Shown here: in pieces, positions 22,270-30,721 of the stretch
Layout: each line of letters begins with the position of its first letter
How positions within the stretch are numbered: the stretch's first letter is position 1
Origin: Selaginella moellendorffii
Taxonomy: Eukaryota; Plantae; Lycopodiophyta
DNA: 30,721 bases
NCBI RefSeq assembly: GCF_000143415.4
Contig: NW_003314273.1
Span: forward strand, 378,100-408,820
Reading direction: 5' to 3'
The notes under the pieces: generated by a model
The model's input: the letters and a program-made list of their open reading frames with translations, nothing else
Told to the model about the DNA's origin: nothing
The model's database searches: none
Translations under genes and position numbers: made by a program

Positions 22270-23530
22270 ACTATAGGAGAGTTGTTAGAAGATATACAAA
22301 TCTATTTTTCTACAGGCACCGTTCCATCTTACTATAATTTACCAGATAAAAAGAAGTTTTTTTTATCTTGAGGACATGATGTTATTTTATTGAGGGGGAA
22401 CACTTATATAAATTAAACATCGATGGAACACTAAAGAGATGTGTTAATAGGCAAAAAGAAAAAAATGAAATCCTAAGGGAAACTCACTCAGGCCCATAAG
22501 AAGGTTATATTGTAAACGAAATCACTATTAGGAAAATTTTATAAGCAAGGTTGTGGTGGCCTATACTTTAGAAAGATATAGCAATTTTTTGCAAAAATTG
22601 TGATATTTGCCAAAGGCATAAACTACCTCCTAAAAAGCAAATCCACAAAATAAATCCTACTTATCCATATGAAGTATTTCATAAATAGGGATTAGATTTT
22701 GTTGACAAGAAATAAAAGGAATAAATACATTTTAGTCACCACTGATTATGTGACTAAATGGACAGAAGTTATGCCAATGAAACAGGCCTCAACTAGTAAT
22801 ACTATTAAATTCCTTTATAAAAACATCATTATAAGATTTGGTTTGTCGAAAGAGATCATCACAAATAGAAACACCTATGTCATTGATGAAAAAATAGAAA
22901 GTTTTATACAAAAATTTATCCTTAAGCACAAAAATTCTATGCCATATTACTCACTAGGGAATGGTCAGGTTGAATCTACTAACAAAGTTCCTAAAAGTAT
23001 CTTGAAAAAGATTGTAAAAGACAATAAAAAAGATTGGAATGAGAAAATTCTAGATGCTTTGTGGGCTTATAAAATTGCATATAAAGCCTCCACAAGCATG
23101 ACACCATTTTGTGTTACTTATGACCAAGAAGTTTTAATGCCTATGAAATTTATAATTCCCTCTTTGCATATTGCAATTAAAAATGGCTTTGACTAAAAAG
23201 CAGCTCTTAAATGAAGATTTGCTAAAATAGAAAACTTAAATGAGCTCTTAAACAAGCTTAAACTTAGAGCAATCTAGACCTTACATGCAATTCCAAAAGC
23301 CAAAAAGGCTATGCATGACAAACAATTGAAAATCTTTTACAAGCTTAAACTAAGAGATAAGATCCTTTGGTATCAAGGCAAAATAGATGATCTTGGACAT
23401 AAATTCGAGAGAAAATGGAATGGTCTATTTAAGATATTAGCTTCAGAAATTGCTGAAATGCACACTTTAAGTAGGGACAATATTGCAATAGTAAATTTAA
23501 ACTGTTTAAGCAAGTACTATGAAGATATAA
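22270..23530 (+). mobile_element. Decayed Ty3/Gypsy integrase (zinc-binding domain, rve core, C-terminal region)
   Basis: ILRETH...WWPIL*KD..FCKNCDICQR, *GLDFV, YILVTTDYVTKWTEV, RFGLSKEIIT, PYYSLGNGQVESTNK, DWNEKILDALWAYK, TPF..YDQEVLMP, KFERKWNGLFKI; multiple stops and frameshifts. Confidence 0.85.
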
Positions 23531-24217
23531 GCATAAATATTATCTATATCATAGGGTATAAAACTATAGATAAGCTTGTGGATGATGCCCTCACTAGGAT
23601 TTATTGTGAGCGACTAAATTTTCCATTCTAATTTAGTCACTTAACCACATTTCTGACCATTTGGAGGAGTTTTACTCACAACCTCCATAAGCCCTATTCT
23701 GGACTTAGAGACTTGCTAGCCCTGAGAATAACATTCATACACTCAACCTTTGCACTTGATTCAAATGCTACACGTGTTTGATCCCATGACCGACACCTAA
23801 AGGTACCACCGACATATCAGCCCATTACACTAAAGCCATGCTTACTCACCTTTGTCACATTGGTGGTCCAACACTACTTGCATCATAGTCCCATCTCTCA
23901 AAGACTAGGTTATCTATCCATGAGTGATCATCTTAGTTGCACTCTTTAGCTTCCTTAAGATGCCTGCAAACATAGGGAACAACCTTCCCCAATATTCCTT
24001 TTTCATTCCCCATCAAGTCCTTTTCCATCCATAGCCGTGTTCGCTAACACTGCCATTGGATCAAGGCCCATAGGCTTAACTATTATGTCCCACTAACCTC
24101 TAAGACTTCCTTGCTACATGACCGCATCCTTGGTCCCCACCAAATCCCTTTTTGTCCATAGTTATGTTCGCTAACACTACCATTGGGTCAAGGCCCACAG
24201 ACCCAACCACTAAGTTC

Positions 24218-24403
24218 TGTTGGGGGAAGGAGGGACACCTCCCCCAACGCTCACTTAAACACGAGAAATGCTTCAATACTCTTCACAAAAATGCCCCCCC
24301 TTGCCCTTGTGGGGCAAGGGTTTTATACAAAGAAGATGGATAATATTCTGAGGACCAGAATATTCCCTCTTTCTCTCACTCTCTTGGTGGCCACACTCTA
24401 ACA
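24218..24403. mobile_element. Possible short LTR-like element (~186 bp)
   Basis: TGTTGG...CTAACA termini, TATA-like TGTATAAAA on the minus strand, internal palindromes; no target-site duplication seen. Confidence 0.35.
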
Positions 24404-24844
24404 TGCAACCACAGTGGATTGTGCTAGCTCCAGACGTGTGAGAACCCACCGGAGAGTGTAGAGTGTACCTCTACTATTGATGCCAAGTGTTGGTAGTTGC
24501 GTGAAATAGTAAAAACTCTAGAAAACAAAGTGGAAAAGAAATAAAAGAGGTAGGTGTGGAGATAAGGAGGAAAACTTAGTGGGAAACCTTGTAGTCAAAC
24601 TGGACCCTGAAGTTGAAGAAAAAGTGTAAAAAAAGTGGGAAACGAAGAGAAAAATAGAGGGAAAAGAATGAGTACACAAAAAACTTAATCTCTACCTAAA
24701 TTTTGGCTCAGGAAAGTGTAATATGCAAATGTAACCTCGTGATGACTTTAGGTATGCTCCAAGGATTGGCCGAATTCGAGAAAGAAAGAGATGTAAAAGA
24801 GGGGATGTGTTGCCCAAGGGTGGTAAGTGTGGAAATGATGAAAA

Positions 24845-25312
24845 ATGGAGTGATATAGTGGAGCGCCAAGATGGTGGTGGCCCTCTGAGAAGGTGGCCAT
24901 CTATAACCATTGGCCCGTAGAGTAAGCATTGACCTCTCAGAGTAGCCGGTAGCCGGTAACTAGTAACTAGTAACCAGTACTGGGAACTTATAACCTGTAA
25001 CCGGTAAACACCTGCTCTCGCTCCTACTCCTACACCTGCTTTAGCATCGATATGGTGGAGTGATATGGTGGAGCGCCGAGATGCTGATGGCACTCTAAGA
25101 AGGTGGCCATCTCTAAAATAAAAGTAATAAGGGTGAAAATGGAAGGAGACATAAGCCTCAAAAAGTAGGAGTAGCCGGTAACCGGTAACCAGTAACTAAG
25201 GACCTGTAACCAGTAACCACTTGTCCTCGCTCCTACTGCTGCGCCTGCTCCAGCACTGATATGGTGGAGCATTGAGATGGTGGTGGCACTTTGAGAAGGT
25301 GGCCATTGCTTA
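24845..25312. repeat. Degenerate ~200-bp-period tandem repeat (3 copies of a ~55-bp core) interleaved with (GTAACCG/A)-like heptamer arrays
   Basis: Core gatat.gtggagc...gagatg.tg.tggc.ct.t.agaaggtggccat at ~24852, ~25062 and ~25258. Confidence 0.75.
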
Positions 25313-25992
25313 AAGTGTTAGGCCAATGGTCTGATGTGTCAGACTAAAGAAGACAGCAACTGGAAAGAACGGCATACTCACTGGGCTGCCGGTAAAGAGA
25401 GGTGGCATATGTCCACTGAGTGTTAGAGTAGAAGACAGTGGCTTTGGCTTCTGTTGCCTTGTTTAAAGATCCACCTAGGTGCTTTGAGTGAACAGGTTCA
25501 CCCGGTTGGAAGAAAGTCACTCCAGAAAAGCTAGTGCATCGTCGGCAAATGGTTGCAAGGATATCTCGGAAATGGCACGTCCAAATGAGGTAGTGTCTTT
25601 TGCTTCTGGTGCATATATATGTGTCCGTGGTATGGTGTAAATATGACCTCAAATAGAGATGTGAATGATGGTGAAAGAATGAAAGATGCAAGACGGGCAT
25701 CCAGAGATAAGTGCTAGCAATGCTGCTAGAAGTGATTGGTGATGAAACTATGAGTGTGGATGATATGGAATGGGTGTGGTAATGGTAAGGGGAAGGCAAA
25801 AGAACCTAGAACATAGACCAAGCCAAGTGAGGAACCTCCATACAAACGGCAATGCAGCCTGAGCATGAAATCCAAGGCATGGGCCATGGTCCAATGGAGA
25901 CACACCCCCTAAAAGTAAGAAAAAGAGCCATGAAAGTAAAGTGAAAAAAAGGAAGAAAAAGAAAAGGAAAAAGAAGAGAAGAGGAAAACCTC

Positions 25993-26800
25993 ACTGGATG
26001 AAGCATTTGAGGTAAGAGTGGTTGTGAGCATGTAGGAGCTCACGTCTATTAGCATTGACTAGCATATATGCTCCACCTCTAATGTGTCGCTGGACAAAGT
26101 AGGGGCCAGTTCAGCAAGAGGAGAACTTCGAAGGTGGCATAAACTCCTTGAGTAGAACAAGATCACCATCCTCGAATGGTTCAGCAAACCACTGGTGATC
26201 AATGACGGACTTCATCTTTTGCTTACCTCAAAAGAGATGTTTAGTCATGGATCATTGCTGTTCTTCCAAGGCAAGAACCTCTAAGTCACGTGCATGAAGC
26301 TTGTCCTCATTGCTAAGCTGCATCGCTGCTGCATATCGAAGTGAAAGTGAGAGTGATGGCAGTTGGATCTCCACTAGAAGCATGGCCTCTATCCCATATA
26401 CAAGGGAGAATGGGGTCGCAAAGATGGATGTCTTGAAGGATGTCCAAAAGGCCCACAACACCGTGACCAAGTGCTCGTGCCAATGCCTTGGGTGATCCTC
26501 CACAAGCTTTGAAATGAGTGTCTTCAATATCTTGTTGCTGGACTCCACCTGGCCATTGCACTCAGGATAATAGCTATTGCTCTTCACGTGCTTGACTTGC
26601 AACCATTGGAGAAGATGTTGCATCACTTGACCAAGGAAGCTGCTGCCACGATCGGAAATCAAAACGGCAGGAACTCGAATCGACAAATAATGTACTTGTA
26701 GACAAACTTTGCTATAGACTGTTGATCTGCTTGTCGCAGAGGGGTAGCCTCAACCCATTTTGTGAAATAGTCCGTCGCCATGATGATGTATCACTGTCCT
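25993..26800 (-). mobile_element. Decayed Ty3/Gypsy integrase with GPY/F motif
   Basis: YIIMATDYFTKWVEA, VPAVLISDRGSSF, YYPECNGQVESSNK, WHEHLVTVLWAF, TPFSLVYGIEAML, FEDGDLVLLK, TGPYFV. Confidence 0.88.
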
Positions 26801-27244
26801 TTTGAAATATGATGATATATATGATCTCGCACACCCGAAAGACTACCATGAAATCTTTTTTGTTGTAATTGACTATCTTTATTGTTGTAAGATAATTAGA
26901 GTTAATTGTAGTTTGATATTGAATTGGTGGAATTTTATTTGATGGGGCATTTTTCATAGTCAATTACTAGCAATGAGTGTGTTATTATTGCTTTTTACTA
27001 CTTTACTTAGTGGGTGGAAGTTGGTGCTAATGCTAGTACATCTATGACTGGTATTAAATGCTTTCTCCCTAATTGAGTGGTGTTTTAGCATTCTCATCTA
27101 GAGCTGATTTTCTTAGACAATAGTTTTACATTTATGGATGAAGCATTTTATATTTTAACATCTTAACTAAGGATATATCACACTTTCACAAGTGTTTATC
27201 ATCCACAAATGAATGATTTGGTGAAATAGCTCATTAGACCTTCA

Positions 27245-27887
27245 AAAAGATGATCACAATGTATAAGAATTTTTAATATTGAGATTAGGATTATTATTTT
27301 TCATATCTTCAATATGTGTATATCATAGGGGTATAGGGTGTTTTACCATATAAAGTATTATATATGGTCATGATCTAACATTGCCAATAGAGTTGAGTTT
27401 ACTTTTACGATTGCTATGAGTTGCTAGGACCTGGGATTAATATTTGATGACCATTCTTAAAAGGATGATCACAATGTATAAGAATTTTTAATATTGAGAT
27501 TAGGATTGTTATTTTTCATATCTTCAATATGTGTATATCATAGGGGTATAATATGTTTTACCATATAAAGTATTATATATAGTTATAATCTAACATTGCC
27601 AATAGAGTTGAGTTTATTTTTACGATTGCTATGAGTTGCTAGGACCTGGGATTAATATTTGATGACCATTCTTAAAAGGATGATCACAATGTATAAGAAT
27701 TTTTAATATTGAAATTAGGATTGTTATTTTTCATATCTTCAATATATGTATATCATAGGGGTATAAGGTGTTTTACCATATAAAGTGTTATATATGGTCG
27801 TGATCTAACATTGCCAATAGAGTTGAGTTTACTTTTACGATTGCTATGAGTTGCTAGGACCTAGGATTAATATTTGATAACCATTTT
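27245..27887. repeat. Three-copy 215-bp tandem repeat, apparently derived from a decayed integrase-like sequence
   Basis: gatgatcacaatgtataag anchors at 27249, 27464 and 27679; copies nearly identical. Upstream sequence reads FTSVYHPQMNDLVK (YHPQxNG-like). Confidence 0.92.
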
Positions 27888-28999
27888 TGCACTATTGTAA
27901 GCTTTTGAATTTGAACTTCCCGAAAGGTCACCACCCAACCTAGTATTATTCAAACCCAAGAATGCTTCACCCCAAATATCCCAAAACCCTTAACGAATTG
28001 GAAAAGGGGGTGCACTCTTTTCATGGGTCTTTTCTTTTTATATTTGAACCTCTATAAATCATCTATCAAGTTGTTCCCTTTGGTTATTTATAATTATTTG
28101 GAGCGAAGTTTGTTAAACACTTCTGCCACATATAAATGAGACAATAGCAATGTTATAATTCTCATTATTATCCATATCTGAAGTATAAAGTGGATGATTG
28201 GTATTTGTTTATTTTTCCAAATTTATAGTATATAATTTACCTAAAGGGCTCTTTGCTTAGTAGAAAGGATTGTATCAAGTGTTGTGGCAAGTTAGATTCC
28301 AAATTTATGATCATCACCAATTTATGTCATCATTGTGGTGGATATTATAAAATTGATTATTCACAATTGAAGAATAAGTAATAAAGAAAAAAGAATAGTT
28401 AATCTTTTATTAGCATTAAGTTGAATACTAAAAATTTGCAAAATTTGCAAAGTAAAGATGACAAAAAAGACTATTCTGATTAAAGGAAGAGACTTTTAAT
28501 CACTATTTAATAACTCAACTATATGTAGAATAATTAAAGGAACCTCAAGAGAAGGCATAACATAGTTTATGCAAGGTTAAACATCTTTGTCTTTGTTATT
28601 TAGTGCTGGGTCATAACAGTGTATTATTTGAAGTTGTCAAAGTTGGGAAGTTGAAGAACTTGCATCCCTCACAAAGCATTGTTTATAATACATAGAAATA
28701 CTATTCTTCTTTATTCAGAATTCAAGATTGTTTCTTTAGTGGGATATGGCTAAAATCAAGTATCTCCTTGAGACCAAAAATAAGTTTCTATGCATCTTGA
28801 TCTCTATTTGATGACGATTCTTCCACCATATAAGCAACAACATCATCCCTAATATTGTCCTTAAACTCCACATGCTCTCTATCACTAAAAACAACTTCTC
28901 CTCCTTCCTCTGAACCACCTAAGCTTGACGATGAACTCAGAATGGACTCATAGGACATTGTATCTAAAAAAGAATAAATAAAAAGTTTTGTGTCTACTA

Positions 29000-30721
29000 A
29001 ATTCAATGTCATACAACAGTTTCAAAAAGTAAATTGGTAGCAGATGTATGTGTGCTTGGTAACAAGACATATCTCAACAGCAAACATGAAAAAATTGCCA
29101 TCAACACTATAACAAAGCTAGAAGAAAGCAAGAGTGAATCACCACTCAATACTTTCTTGCAACTAAGTTAACCAATATCAAAGATACTTTACTCAGTATC
29201 CAAGATTAAACTTTCAATAATACTCAGCTATAGTTAACACGTCATTAAGGAGTGATTCACCACATCCAAGACTCAATGTAATCCAATACTACGAACTAAA
29301 TGCAACCAAATGATATTAACAAAGGTAGAGTCGTCATGCCAACATGGAAAACCCATATAACACTAACAATACGATTCTCCGCAACACCATCTGGTAAAGC
29401 AAGCCCATCATTGCTAAATCATCATCAAGTGAAGCAAGTGTCAAAAGCCTTTGACAAAGTTTACAAGTAATCACTAGTCACAAAGCAACTAACAATCACT
29501 CTTCAACTTACCTTCACAAGACCCAAACACCAACTCTTATCATCAAGTCATATACTTGTTCAACATGAACGTAATACCCCAGGTACGGGATAAAGGTTCA
29601 TGAACAAGCATGAACTAAATGACCACTCAAATCCAACTCAACCGTGATAAGCTCACCAACATATCTAGTCAATAGCTTTGAGCATACCTTGAAAAGGTTA
29701 GCTATGCATGATCAACACTTAGTTGAAACTAAAGTGAAGACCATAAAATGGACTCATATCGGTACACAACCTCCTTATAGACAAAGCTATAGTATAGATA
29801 CCAACATCTCAACCTTAAACAACTAACTTAGACATCACCATTCTCAGCCAAAGTGTAAGGCCACCAAGACCAAATCAAGATCAGTGAGAGCTCACTGCTT
29901 TCATAAAGTTTAATAAAATGCAAGATATAACTTGCCACCAAGCACAATGCTACAGAAGAAAGGCACAAGGATCACCTTTTTAGAAAGGCGCAACGGCCAC
30001 TTTTTTACACCAACTCTAGACTCTATCCAACTCAATTGCCTTAACCCCAAAAATCAGCATCCCTTTCAGGCCGCATCATACAAATTACCTATTAAGGTCT
30101 AAGCCAACCGAAGTCAACTTCAACCCCTTCACTAATTTGTACAGGCTTACAAAAACGGAATGGTTTTCTGGCAAAATAATCAATAGATCAACTATAGGAA
30201 AAGTCTAAAACAATTTGTGAAAAATTTCCATCCTAGAGAAAGAATGACTCTCAGTCTAAGAATACAAACTTTCAAGACTAAACTAACTTCCTCCTACTAA
30301 CAACTTCACATAGGTTCACCTCAACATAAATTCTCATGATCCAATAATATGCTTAAGCATTGAACATTTTTGCCCATACTTTCGACATTCAACACCGATA
30401 TCCGCAAAAATGCAAAATGAACATCCAAGGCTTAATCACGAAGACCATATCTTCAGATATCCACATTACACTAATACTTTTCTTCAATCACTTTCAAGAT
30501 CCAATATGAAGCCAAAACACTAACAAGGAAAAATGACATGGAAAATCAAGCTTTAAGGAAAATTCCTCATCACTCGAATCAACAATGCCACTTCCACTAA
30601 CACAAGTGCTAGTGATGTCAATGCCTCAACTACACAATTTTTCCATCCAATAACTTACTCCAAGTGTTAACAAATAAACCAACAAGCCACAGCAAGTGAA
30701 TACTATAACCCTTTCTAACAC
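29000..30721 (-). mobile_element. Probable very old LINE (non-LTR) RT remnant
   Basis: Only scattered, ordered motif traces on the minus strand (EVDF ~30115, KGDP ~29975, PYLG ~29580) in AT-rich sequence without ORFs. Confidence 0.3.

Noticed and set aside
24845-27887. Repeat arrays as CRISPR
   Set aside because: Eukaryotic context, long units without unique spacers, no cas genes.
29441-29462. Plus-strand SKAFDKV as a LINE RT motif
   Set aside because: Isolated, with no flanking RT motifs in that orientation; the other weak traces are on the minus strand.

Overview
Eukaryotic land-plant nuclear DNA. The very short (mostly ~45-65 nt) GT-AG introns, tiny intergenic spacers and GC-rich intronless PPR-DYW gene suggest a compact genome such as Selaginella; this is an inference. 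The left ~19 kb is gene-dense. In order it holds the 3' end of a Lys/Ala-rich protein gene, a 12-exon minus-strand gene (519-3448), an At5g58100-like membrane protein, a UPF0114 protein, a chloroplast J-protein, a PLS-E-DYW PPR protein, an RD19-like papain protease, SMG7 and a Serinc/TDE protein. The 12-exon gene is the most interesting feature. Spliced by hand, it gives one ~776-aa ORF fusing an N-terminal PD-(D/E)XK restriction-endonuclease-like domain to a highly diverged mitochondrial HSP60/Cpn60-like domain that appears ATPase-dead. SMG7 carries two predicted 3'-UTR introns of the NMD-autoregulatory type. The right ~11.5 kb is decayed material: a PPR pseudogene, an unidentified gene remnant, a fold-back Ty1/Copia fragment forming a ~350-bp inverted repeat, Ty3/Gypsy integrase remnants, tandem repeats and a probable very old LINE. 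All homology calls come from motif recognition by eye and recalled reference sequences; no searches were run.
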